Shown piece after piece: positions 9,589-17,979 of a stretch of 64,000 nt of DNA. Numbering within the stretch: position 1 is the stretch's first letter; each line of letters begins with the position of its first letter. The notes beneath the pieces were generated by a model. The model saw only the letters and a program-made list of their open reading frames with translations, ran no database searches and had not been told where the DNA came from. The DNA is from Sphingomicrobium sp. GTDB taxonomy: Bacteria; Pseudomonadota; Alphaproteobacteria; Sphingomonadales; Sphingomonadaceae. Position numbers and translations under genes: made by a program. The stretch lies in contig JBQCIU010000040.1 of assembly GCA_051953395.1 (NCBI GenBank), positions 25,880 to 89,879 on the forward strand. The letters are read 5' to 3'.

Positions 9589-9960
9589 ATGCCGGACATC
9601 GTCACCATGATCGCCATCGCTGCCGCCGCTGCGGCAATTCCCGACAATGGCAATCCAGCGCAGCCGGTGCGGATCGAGGTCGAATCCAAGCCGGATGCCA
9701 GCATCGTCCGAGTCATCGCTCGGGGCAGCGCCACATGTACCGCGACCTACGAGCTTGCGGTGACGGCCAGCGGGGGTGGAAACCGCTCGGTCAATCGCGG
9801 AACGGTCAAGCTCCCCAACCACGGCGAAGTGACGGTCGCGACCGTGAAGGTCGGCCGAAACCCCGGATCTGCGACGACGGCAACGCTCGACGTAAGCCCA
9901 TGCGGAGGCGCGCCCTATCAGCAGGTCTGGACCTCCGCGGAGGGCTCCGCGCGCGGTTAG
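9589..9960 (+). CDS. csgH: Curli chaperone CsgH-like protein
   Basis: Small beta-rich secreted protein with two Cys (CTATYELAV...GGNRSVNRG...SPCGG) at the end of an alphaproteobacterial curli operon. Confidence 0.72.
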   Translation: MPDIVTMIAIAAAAAAIPDNGNPAQPVRIEVESKPDASIVRVIARGSATCTATYELAVTASGGGNRSVNRGTVKLPNHGEVTVATVKVGRNPGSATTATLDVSPCGGAPYQQVWTSAEGSARG

Positions 9961-12089
9961 CGCGAAGCCCCGCCGCTTCCGAAGCTCCGCTTCAAAGTCA
10001 GCGTGAACGCGGTGTGGATGTTCCGCTCACGGTTTTCGATGAGGGTCGGATCGATGATCGTTCGGTTCGGCTGGAACAGGAGGCGATGCGCATTCGCGTT
10101 CGTGTCGAAGATATTGTCTGCGTCCAGCCGGATCGTCGTCCGCGAATCCGGGCGGTATTCGACGAACGCCGTGCCGTACGGTCCACCGTTCCAGTTGCTG
10201 TAGATTTCGTCGGTCCGGAAGATGAAGAACTTGTCGCGATCGGAAACGGCGACGCCGTAGGAGAGGGGACCGGAGTCACGGCGAAGCTCCGTATACCAGT
10301 TGAACCACGGCCAGTTGGCATTGTTGTCCGTCCAGCGGCGCTGCGTGTGCCAGATCGGATCCTCGACCCGAGTGCGGTTCAAGGTCACCTCGGCCTTCCA
10401 GCGAACTCCGGACAAGCCGAGCTTCGATAGCGGCGCGTCGACGTTGATGTCGACGAACTGCCGCTTGCCGGTACCGATATTCCCCGGCGCGTCGAACGCA
10501 TTGCCCTTGTCGTCGAACACGAGGATCCGGTCCTGGAGCAGCTGAACGAGATCGTACCCAAGCTCGATCTTGATCAGGCCATCGCCCAGGATCGGCTTTT
10601 CAGCGAGCAATCGGGCCTCCCAGGTGCGCTGGGGCTGGAGATCGGCATTGCCTCCGTTGACCCTTTGCGAGGCGAGATCCGCCGAGCTGATGAAGTCGTA
10701 GAAGTTGAGCTGCGCGACGGTCCGTCTCAGGCTCGCCTGCGTGTGCCACCCGTTTCCGGGCCGCCAGTCGAGCGTGATGCTCGGCTTCAGAAACTTCAGC
10801 GTGCGGTCGGCGGTCGCGTCTCCCCGAACCTTCAGGCGAGAGGCTTCGTAGCGAAGGCCAAGATCGAGCCGGACATTCTTCGACAGCGCGCGGCCGGCGT
10901 TGACATAGCCCTCGCCACGGATCTCGGAGACCGTCGCATTGTCGATCGGCAGGTCGATCCGGGTCTTGTCCCCGGTGTCGTCGAGCAGGAAGAGCTCGAG
11001 ATTGTCTTCGAGCTTGTTGTAGGCGACCTCGACCCCGGCCTCGACGCTGAAGCCGAGGAATTTCGGCTTCGAATAGCTGAGGCGGCCGATCGTCTCCTGG
11101 AGCTTCGATTTCTCCGTCTGCTCGAACCCTCCGAGCACCGGACTGCCGCCGAGGCCGCGATTGTAGTTCGCATCGAAATTGTTGCGTTTCCGGCGGGTGG
11201 TGAGGCCGACGAACTTGATGGCGCCGTCGCCGAGCGGACGCGAGATATCGCCGCCCAGTTCGACGACCGGCGTCTTGTAGTCCTGGATCAGGAAGTCATC
11301 GCGTTCATCGCCGCTCGTCGGTGTGACGTGATTGGTCTGGGTCAGCTTGAATGTGCTCGGAGCCCAGCTCGCGTTGAGGTGGATCGCGTTGTTATCTCCC
11401 TTCTCGAGCGCCCAGCTCGCCGACAGGAAGGGGTTGTGCTGGCGAACGGTGTTGATCTTGCGCCGATGCTCGAGAAGGTCGCCGGACGACGCGTCGTAAA
11501 GATCGTCGGTCCCTTCTTCGGTCCAGTCGTTGACCCCGGTTCCGGCCGAAAGGTTGAAGCTGGAATCCCCACGCTTGATGAGCGCCGTGACCGTTCCGTC
11601 GGGAGCGAGATGGCCGGTCCAGTCGCGATGGACCGCGCCGCTGATCTCCCCGTCGAACCCGGATTGCGCCGACAGGACGATATTCAGCACCTGGCCCTTG
11701 CTCGCGTAATCCGCGCCATAGAGATCGCCGGGCCCGACCTCCACGCGGATCACCCGGCTTGCGGGGATGCGCGACAGCAGGGTGTCGAGCGCTTCGGACT
11801 TGGTGCTCGGGCGGGCGCCATTGATGACGATATTGCCAACCGCGCCCGAGAAGCCGCGAACGTCGCTGTCGCCGAAGTCGATGCTGAACCCGGGGACCTG
11901 GCGCGCGATGTCGAGGGCGGTGCGCGGAGCGAACGGCTTGAAGAAGCTCGCTTCGTACTGGATCGTCCGCGCGCCCGAGGGGGCCTTTGTCGCCGCGGCC
12001 TGCTCGGCCGGCTGGGCCTGGGCGGCGGAGATCTGAGGCACCGCGAGCGCGGCCAACGCAACGGACGCCCGCAGGATGTAGGTACGCAT
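9957..12089 (-). CDS. TonB-dependent receptor
   Basis: Signal peptide, plug region (FAPRTALDIARQVPGF...NIVINGAR...L.RIPAS.V.RVEV), beta-barrel-like alternation, C-terminal LTLKRSF. Confidence 0.9.
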   Translation of the reverse strand: MRTYILRASVALAALAVPQISAAQAQPAEQAAATKAPSGARTIQYEASFFKPFAPRTALDIARQVPGFSIDFGDSDVRGFSGAVGNIVINGARPSTKSEALDTLLSRIPASRVIRVEVGPGDLYGADYASKGQVLNIVLSAQSGFDGEISGAVHRDWTGHLAPDGTVTALIKRGDSSFNLSAGTGVNDWTEEGTDDLYDASSGDLLEHRRKINTVRQHNPFLSASWALEKGDNNAIHLNASWAPSTFKLTQTNHVTPTSGDERDDFLIQDYKTPVVELGGDISRPLGDGAIKFVGLTTRRKRNNFDANYNRGLGGSPVLGGFEQTEKSKLQETIGRLSYSKPKFLGFSVEAGVEVAYNKLEDNLELFLLDDTGDKTRIDLPIDNATVSEIRGEGYVNAGRALSKNVRLDLGLRYEASRLKVRGDATADRTLKFLKPSITLDWRPGNGWHTQASLRRTVAQLNFYDFISSADLASQRVNGGNADLQPQRTWEARLLAEKPILGDGLIKIELGYDLVQLLQDRILVFDDKGNAFDAPGNIGTGKRQFVDINVDAPLSKLGLSGVRWKAEVTLNRTRVEDPIWHTQRRWTDNNANWPWFNWYTELRRDSGPLSYGVAVSDRDKFFIFRTDEIYSNWNGGPYGTAFVEYRPDSRTTIRLDADNIFDTNANAHRLLFQPNRTIIDPTLIENRERNIHTAFTLTLKRSFGSGGASR

Positions 12090-12101
12090 TGAAAACCCCC
12101 T

Positions 12102-12119
12102 GTATTAAGTGACTAAGAC
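12102..12119. promoter_or_regulatory. Possible operator upstream of TBDR 1
   Basis: GTATTAAGTGACTAAGAC, 13-30 nt before the start codon. Same length and outer arms as the 14340-14357 site. Confidence 0.3.
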
Positions 12120-12205
12120 GCTATTTGACTCGTCCGGTCGCGGCCAGCGCAGTTCGACCAATCGACAGACGTTTTGGCGAACGGCGGTGGCCCGCCGCTC
12201 GCAGC

Positions 12206-14320
12206 TCAGAAGTTGCCGCGGATGGAAAGACTGAAGAGCAGGCCCACCAGCTCGTTGTGCTTCTCGAAGAAGGAGAGGGGGGTCCGGTCGCGATAGCCTT
12301 CGTAGACCGACCGCCATTCCTTGTGCCGTCCGTCGAGCACTCCGTCGAGGACGTTGTCGACGGTGAATCGGACGGTGGTTCCGAAGACGTTCTTGTCCTC
12401 GACGTAGAAGCCGGCGATCCACGGAATGTCGAGGGTCTGGTCGGTTTCCGTCAGGAGATAATTGGCGGTGTAATAATTATACTGGAGATAGGCGCTCCAG
12501 GCGATCTGCGTGCCAGGGACGTCATGGCGAACCTGGATGCTTCCCCATTTCGTCCGGACGTTGCTGATCGGCCGCTTCAGATGAGTCAGCGGGTCTTTGA
12601 CCGACGTCCATTCGCGCCCGAAGTTGAGGTCGAGCTTGGCGCCGCGCCAACCGATCGGGTCCAGCAGCAGCGTGCTCGTGCTTTCGAAGCCGAACCGGTC
12701 GGCGTTCTTGATGTTGCCGACGCCCTCGCCGTCGACTCCGATTGGGATGAAATCGACGATGTCCTGGACCCGGTAATAATGAAGGTTGAGGCGGGTCTTG
12801 CCCCAGCGGCCGAGATCGCGGGCGAATTCGGTTTCGACTTCCCAGCTCTGCGGAGGGACGAGCTCCGGATTGCCGGCATTTTCGCGGTCCTCTTCCAGCT
12901 TGGGCTGGGCGAGGAAGTCGTAGAAGCTGATCTGGCCGACACGGCGGCGCAGCTTCAGGCTGATGTCCCACGCCTTGGTCGGCCGCCAGCCGAGGTTGAT
13001 GCTTCCCTTCGGCCGGAAGAACTTGCGGGCCGGCTGGTCGTCGTCGACCCGGTCCAGCCACGACAGCTCGGCACCCGCGGCAACCTGGAGATCGAGGTTG
13101 GAGGTGATCGGCCGGCTTAGAGTGGCGATTCCTTCGTACCGGACCTCGGTCACCTTGCCGGTGCCGTCGGGGAAGGGGATTTCCTTGAACTCACCGTCGG
13201 GAGCGAGCGTGAACAGCTTGCCCTTCTGGTCGAGCGAGTTGAACGCACGCTCGAACGACAGCTGCCAGTCGTTCCTGCCGCTCTTCCAGCCATATTCGGC
13301 GCGCGCGATCGTCTCGCCGAGATGGGTGTCGCGGCTGAACCGGGTTCCGGTATCATCGGCGCCGGTGGTCAGGAACCGGAAGATCAGATCCTGGGTGAGC
13401 GGCTCATGCTCCCAGTGCCGAAGACCGATGAGCTTGAGCCGTCCGGGCCCGAGCGCGAATTCATAATCGCCGTTGATGTCGGCGTAATAGCCGTCGAGCT
13501 TGGTCGTGATCGTCCGTTCGCGCTCTTCGCCGGTGGCAATGATCGTTCGGCGATCCTGCTGGAAGGCGGGATTCCAGTAAGGCGTGTAGCCAAGCGTCAG
13601 GTTGCCGACGGACGAGCCCGGCCCGTCGTAGCCGAACTTCGCCTGCATGTTCGCCTGCTCATATTCGGAATGGTAGCGTTCGATCCGCTTCTCGGTGAGC
13701 ACGCCGTCGCGATCGTAAATGTAGATCGGTCCGCCCAATGCACCGCGGCCGGGCTCGTTCTTGATCGACAGGGTATAGTCGAGCGGTCCGGTCTTCCCGG
13801 TGTAACTCAGCGACCCGGCGAGGAACTCCGGCTTGGCGAAATGGGCCCGCCAGTTGGGATTATATTCGAACTGGCCGGACGCCTTTTGCACCTGCTTCAG
13901 GATGACGTTGGCGACCTGGCCGGTGAGGCCGGAGATCCCCAGGCTCGCCGCGTCGACGATCTCGATCCGCTCGACGTTGCTTGCCGGCGTCCTCTGCAAT
14001 TGATCGGTCGCGCCGCCCGACTTGTTGGCTACCCGCTGCCCGTTGATGAGCACGTTCTCGGATGCCTGGCCGAGCCCGCGCTCCTGGTCGGCGGTGTGGA
14101 TGCTGAAGCCCGGAACCTGGGTCAGCATGTCGTAAGCCGTCTTGGGCGCGAAGCGGGCGAAGTCCGCGGGCGTGTACACCCGCTTGTTGCCCACCGGCTT
14201 GGATTCGGGCGGAGGCGTTGCCGCCGGATCGGAGGACTGAGCGGACGCTTGCCCGATCCAGATGAAACCTGCCGCCGAAGCGAGCAGCGCAGTCCTGAGG
14301 CCCCTGTTGACGCGAGTCAT
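12206..14320 (-). CDS. TonB-dependent receptor (paralogue of 9957-12089)
   Basis: FAPKTAYDMLTQVPGF...NVLINGQR...TPASNVERIEIV plug and C-terminal LSIRGNF. Confidence 0.9.
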   Translation of the reverse strand: MTRVNRGLRTALLASAAGFIWIGQASAQSSDPAATPPPESKPVGNKRVYTPADFARFAPKTAYDMLTQVPGFSIHTADQERGLGQASENVLINGQRVANKSGGATDQLQRTPASNVERIEIVDAASLGISGLTGQVANVILKQVQKASGQFEYNPNWRAHFAKPEFLAGSLSYTGKTGPLDYTLSIKNEPGRGALGGPIYIYDRDGVLTEKRIERYHSEYEQANMQAKFGYDGPGSSVGNLTLGYTPYWNPAFQQDRRTIIATGEERERTITTKLDGYYADINGDYEFALGPGRLKLIGLRHWEHEPLTQDLIFRFLTTGADDTGTRFSRDTHLGETIARAEYGWKSGRNDWQLSFERAFNSLDQKGKLFTLAPDGEFKEIPFPDGTGKVTEVRYEGIATLSRPITSNLDLQVAAGAELSWLDRVDDDQPARKFFRPKGSINLGWRPTKAWDISLKLRRRVGQISFYDFLAQPKLEEDRENAGNPELVPPQSWEVETEFARDLGRWGKTRLNLHYYRVQDIVDFIPIGVDGEGVGNIKNADRFGFESTSTLLLDPIGWRGAKLDLNFGREWTSVKDPLTHLKRPISNVRTKWGSIQVRHDVPGTQIAWSAYLQYNYYTANYLLTETDQTLDIPWIAGFYVEDKNVFGTTVRFTVDNVLDGVLDGRHKEWRSVYEGYRDRTPLSFFEKHNELVGLLFSLSIRGNF

Positions 14321-14339
14321 GCTTTACTCCACCGATTGA

Positions 14340-14357
14340 GTATTGCTGTAGTAATAC
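14340..14357. promoter_or_regulatory. Possible operator upstream of TBDR 2
   Basis: Imperfect palindrome GTATTGCTGTAGTAATAC, 20-37 nt before the start codon. Confidence 0.35.
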
Positions 14358-14370
14358 ACTAATGCAAGCG

Positions 14371-15249
14371 TCAGCGTTTGCGGATGTCGTCGCTGACGGC
14401 TTTGAGCTGGACGAGATGGTCGGGCGAAGGCAGGGCGCCGCCCTGGGCGACCGCGCGGACATAGTCCGGCGTGATGTCCATCGCCTTCAGCTGGACGAGC
14501 GTGTCGATGGGCAGACGGCCGTAGCCGATGCGTTCGAAGCCGGCGACGAACTCAGGCGTGATTTCGAGCGCCTTCAGTTCGACGAGATCGTCGGCCGGAA
14601 TGTTCGTGTAGCCCGCACGGACGAAGCTGCCGACATATTCCGGCGTAATCTTCAGAGCGGCGAACTGGACGAGTCCGTCCAGGGTCTTCGGCCGATAACC
14701 CTGTGCGGAAAGACCGGCGATATAGGCGGGCGTCGCATCAACTGCGGTAAGCTCGATCAGCTTGTCGACCGTCGGCGTCGGATAGTGCGCGCGGGCGAGG
14801 GCGTCGACGAGCTCCCGACGAACGTCGAGCGCGATCATCCCGAAACTGTCTTCTTCGCTCGGCGGGGCGATCCCGCGGTCGGCGAGGAAGCGGTTGAATT
14901 CGGCGTTCGGAGTCATCGTGCAGGTGCCGCGCGCCATCGCGTTGCCGCCAGTTCCCGCACAATCGATCCGTCCTGCCTCGCGGACGACCGCGAAGCGGAT
15001 CGGCCGGGTCCCGGGGTTGTTCAGCGCAGCCAGATCCAGGCCGGCGAGGTCGACCGCCCGGAAAGAGGAGTTCCAGGTGTTTTCGGAATGGCCGTTGCGG
15101 TCGCGCTTGAAGCGCAGCTGCACGGTGCCCGCGTCGTGCGACGGCTCGATCGTGAACTGGAGCGGCGCGCCGGGCTGGGCAACGCAGGCGGAAGACACGG
15201 TGATCGCCGTTAGCAACAGCGCGGCGACGAAAGCCAACATCCTGGTCAT
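14371..15249 (-). CDS. Secreted hypothetical protein with ~35-aa repeats
   Basis: Signal peptide. Repeats LIELTAVDATPAYI, LVQFAALKITPEYV, LVELKALEITPEFV, LVQLKAMDITPDYV. Confidence 0.8.
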   Translation of the reverse strand: MTRMLAFVAALLLTAITVSSACVAQPGAPLQFTIEPSHDAGTVQLRFKRDRNGHSENTWNSSFRAVDLAGLDLAALNNPGTRPIRFAVVREAGRIDCAGTGGNAMARGTCTMTPNAEFNRFLADRGIAPPSEEDSFGMIALDVRRELVDALARAHYPTPTVDKLIELTAVDATPAYIAGLSAQGYRPKTLDGLVQFAALKITPEYVGSFVRAGYTNIPADDLVELKALEITPEFVAGFERIGYGRLPIDTLVQLKAMDITPDYVRAVAQGGALPSPDHLVQLKAVSDDIRKR

Positions 15250-15362
15250 TTCACGTCTCCTTCTTCACTTCGCTGCGGGCAAAGCTCGCCCGTCCGCCCC
15301 ATTGGAGCGCTTTGAAATTCAAGGACTTACGGTCAGTTCAGGCGGTCAGTCGAAACTGCCGC

Positions 15363-17159
15363 TCACGGCTCATATCGTTCGCTCGCGCGGAGCTCCTCCG
15401 GAGTGATTCCGAGTGTCTTCACCTCGACAAGCTTGTCGACGTCGAGAATTCCGAACCCGGCCCGCTTGAACCTTTCGACGTCGTTCGCGGTCACTCCGAC
15501 CGCTTTCAATTGCGTCAGTTCGTCGAGGGAGATTCGCCCGTAACCGGCGGCCGCCAGCGAGCGGATGTAATCCTCGCGGACTCCGACCGCATAGGCGCCG
15601 GTGATGTCGTCGGCATCGAGGTTTCGGTAGCCGAGGCGAGCAAGCTCCTGGATGAAAGCCGGCGTGACCCCGACAGCCTTGAGCTGGATGATGTCGTCAT
15701 GGTCGAGCCGAAGCTGCGGAGCGACTGCGCGGATCGAGGCCACATATTCCGGAGTAACTCCGACCGCCTTCATCTCGATCGCGCGGTCGATCGCCGAGTC
15801 ATGGCGGCCGGGCGAACCGGCGAGGGCGCCGGCCAGGCCGGGGACCGCGCGGGCATCGGCATAAGCGATGGTGCTTCCGCTGGGGCCCGTCAGGACGGCT
15901 CGGCGATGGCCGTTGGAGTCCGCCGGATAGACCTCGATGACTCCCCCGGACGGTCCCTTCATGACGAGCTTGCCGTCGCTTTGGGTGACGATCGAGCCGC
16001 CGCTGGAACTGGTCATGGCAACGACGTCCCTCGCCGTCGCGATCGCCTGCGGCGCTGCGACGGCGGCGGCGCCGGCAATCGTCGCTGATGGCGAGGCCAC
16101 AGCATGCGGAGCCGCCGGCGCCGCGGTCGAGGCCATTTCGGGCACTGCGGCAGTCGCCGGTACGAGATTGAGAGCGGCGACCGGCACGGCCATTCCGGCA
16201 GCGAAGAACGCCGCGGCGGATCCCCAGCGCCATCCGCCGGGCGCACGCTTTGCGGCACCGTCCAGAACCCGCTTCACGCGGCGGGCAAGCGAGTTCTTCG
16301 CCGGTGCGACGCCATGCGCACCGATCAGAAGCCCGCGGCATTCGTGGCGCGCGACGCCGACCAGCAGCCGTGCATATTCCGTCTCGTCGATGTCCGTGGA
16401 GAGCACGGCATCGTCGGCCGCTTCCTCGCGCAGCTGGTGCGCCTCGCGGGCAAGCAGCCACACGAACGGGTTGAACCAGAACAGCGCCACCGCGATCCGC
16501 GACAGGAGCAGCTTCGCCCAGTCGAGGCGGGCGACGTGCGCCAGCTCGTGGGTGATGATCGCTTCGGCTTCGCCATGCGATTGCGCGGCATCGGCATTGA
16601 GCAGGATGACCGGGCGAACGACGCCCCAGCTGATGGGCGACGGCAGTTCGTTGCTGGTGAGCAGCGCCGTGCCATGCTTGAACCCCATGCGCTGCTGGGC
16701 GCGGGCGAGAGCCGTCAGCCAGGGCGCATCGACCAGGACCGTCGCTCGCGCCTTCAGCACGAACAAGCGGACGAGGGCGATCAAGGTAAGCAGGAGGAGC
16801 AGAGCCGCAGGGAGGGTGTAGCCCCAAAAGGGCCAGTCCACGGGCGCGCTCCCGACGCCCGGCTCATCGGCCACGGGCGCCGATTTCACAGTCGGCTCCG
16901 GATCGGGTGCAGTTACCGGCAGCACGACCGAAGAAGGGGATTGGACTTCGGCCTTGCCAACCAGGAACTCCGGTCCGGCGACGTCGAACGTCGGGAGTGC
17001 AAAGGTTGCGATCGGAAGCAGAAGCAGCCCGGCGAGCGCGAGGTGCGCGATCCAGCTGCGGTCGGCCGCCGAACGGTTCCTGAGAAGCTTGAGTAGGAGC
17101 AAGGCTCCGCCCGCAATGAGGACGGACTTGGCGGCGAGCGGCACGAACCATTCCATCAC
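15363..17159 (-). CDS. BlaR1/MecR1-like M56 family metallopeptidase with a C-terminal repeat domain
   Basis: N-terminal TMs, SPISWGVVRPVILL, IITHELAHVARLDW (HExxH), WFNPFVW...E.AADD.V. The C-terminus has LKAVGVTP-type repeats. Confidence 0.9.
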   Translation of the reverse strand: MMEWFVPLAAKSVLIAGGALLLLKLLRNRSAADRSWIAHLALAGLLLLPIATFALPTFDVAGPEFLVGKAEVQSPSSVVLPVTAPDPEPTVKSAPVADEPGVGSAPVDWPFWGYTLPAALLLLLTLIALVRLFVLKARATVLVDAPWLTALARAQQRMGFKHGTALLTSNELPSPISWGVVRPVILLNADAAQSHGEAEAIITHELAHVARLDWAKLLLSRIAVALFWFNPFVWLLAREAHQLREEAADDAVLSTDIDETEYARLLVGVARHECRGLLIGAHGVAPAKNSLARRVKRVLDGAAKRAPGGWRWGSAAAFFAAGMAVPVAALNLVPATAAVPEMASTAAPAAPHAVASPSATIAGAAAVAAPQAIATARDVVAMTSSSGGSIVTQSDGKLVMKGPSGGVIEVYPADSNGHRRAVLTGPSGSTIAYADARAVPGLAGALAGSPGRHDSAIDRAIEMKAVGVTPEYVASIRAVAPQLRLDHDDIIQLKAVGVTPAFIQELARLGYRNLDADDITGAYAVGVREDYIRSLAAAGYGRISLDELTQLKAVGVTANDVERFKRAGFGILDVDKLVEVKTLGITPEELRASERYEP

Positions 17160-17536
17160 TTTGCTCCCTTCGCTTTGCGAGCCTTGGCGATCATCGCCTC
17201 GAGATCGTTGAGATCGTCGGTGCTGAGCTTGTCCGACATGCCGAGGAGGGCACTGGCCGCGCCGGCAGCCGAGCCGTTGAAGAAGACCCGGACGATCTCG
17301 CTGAGCGCCGATTTGCGCGCGGCGGTTTCGGGAACCACGGGACTGTAGAGATAGCCGCGCTCCGATTCGGCGCGTTCGACGAAGCCCTTGTCTTCCAGGC
17401 GCTTGAGCATCGCGCGAACGGCCGAGCCGCTGATCTGGTCAGGGAGCCGCTCCCCGACGTCACCCGACGTAAGCGGGCCGGCTTCATAGAGGATGTCGAC
17501 GATCTGACGTTCACGAGGTGGAAGCTTGCTGAGCAT
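17156..17536 (-). CDS. BlaI/MecI/CopY family transcriptional repressor
   Basis: LPPRERQIVDILY...SAVRAMLKRLEDKGFV...YLYSP...FFNGS. Overlaps the M56 gene start by 4 nt. Confidence 0.9.
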   Translation of the reverse strand: MLSKLPPRERQIVDILYEAGPLTSGDVGERLPDQISGSAVRAMLKRLEDKGFVERAESERGYLYSPVVPETAARKSALSEIVRVFFNGSAAGAASALLGMSDKLSTDDLNDLEAMIAKARKAKGAK

Positions 17537-17558
17537 TGATTCGAAATCCTGAAATTCG

Positions 17559-17594
17559 CGCTACATTTGTAGCGTGTGCTACATTTGTAGCGTG
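17559..17594. promoter_or_regulatory. Tandem BlaI/CopY-type operators (TACA-N2-TGTA)
   Basis: CGCTACA-TT-TGTAGCG palindrome. The 17-bp unit GCTACATTTGTAGCGTG repeats at 17560-17576 and 17578-17594, just upstream of the blaI-like gene. TACA..TGTA is the established box for this family. Confidence 0.82.
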
Positions 17595-17636
17595 AACGCA
17601 AGCTGAATGTTGCGGAAGCGCGAAATTTATTTCGAC

Positions 17637-17657
17637 GAGTGGCGAGCGGGGTGGGAT
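17637..17657. repeat. Degenerate att site (copy of the tRNA-Ser 3' end)
   Basis: GAGTGGCGAGCGGGGTGGGAT versus GAGTGGCGGAGAGGGTGGGAT at 59541-59561: 17/21 identical, same orientation, exactly where host genes end and the recombinase region begins. Confidence 0.6.
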
Positions 17658-17979
17658 ACCTTCGCTGATCCCACCGACGGCGTCCGCATCTTATTCGTGA
17701 ATGGCGGTGCAGACAGTCCGCTGCGAACTCGTCTCCACCTGAAACTCCCCGTTTCGCAGCTCCCTCCCTATTAAACTGCGCTGTCGATTGCGGCGGCTTC
17801 GGTTGGACAGCCGATACTCTTCGGACTTGCATTGTAGGGTTTCCGTGAGCAGACCGTTCCAGCCATCCCCACGGCGTGTCGAGTCAACGGGGGCGGGTGC
17901 CAGCTCGGGGCGCCCGCTTTCTCGGACGCGCGCTTTGCGAGATAATAGGCCGGGGGGGGATCCCAGGAGGACCCCCGCA

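Noticed and set aside
16-14362. Long antisense ORFs (16-1404 +, 2116-3300 +, 3581-5194 -, 5155-6783 -, 6312-8033 -, 10665-12092 +, 13322-14362 +)
   Set aside because: Shadow frames of real high-GC genes: Arg/Gly/Val-rich, no motifs, lying exactly opposite well-supported CDSs.
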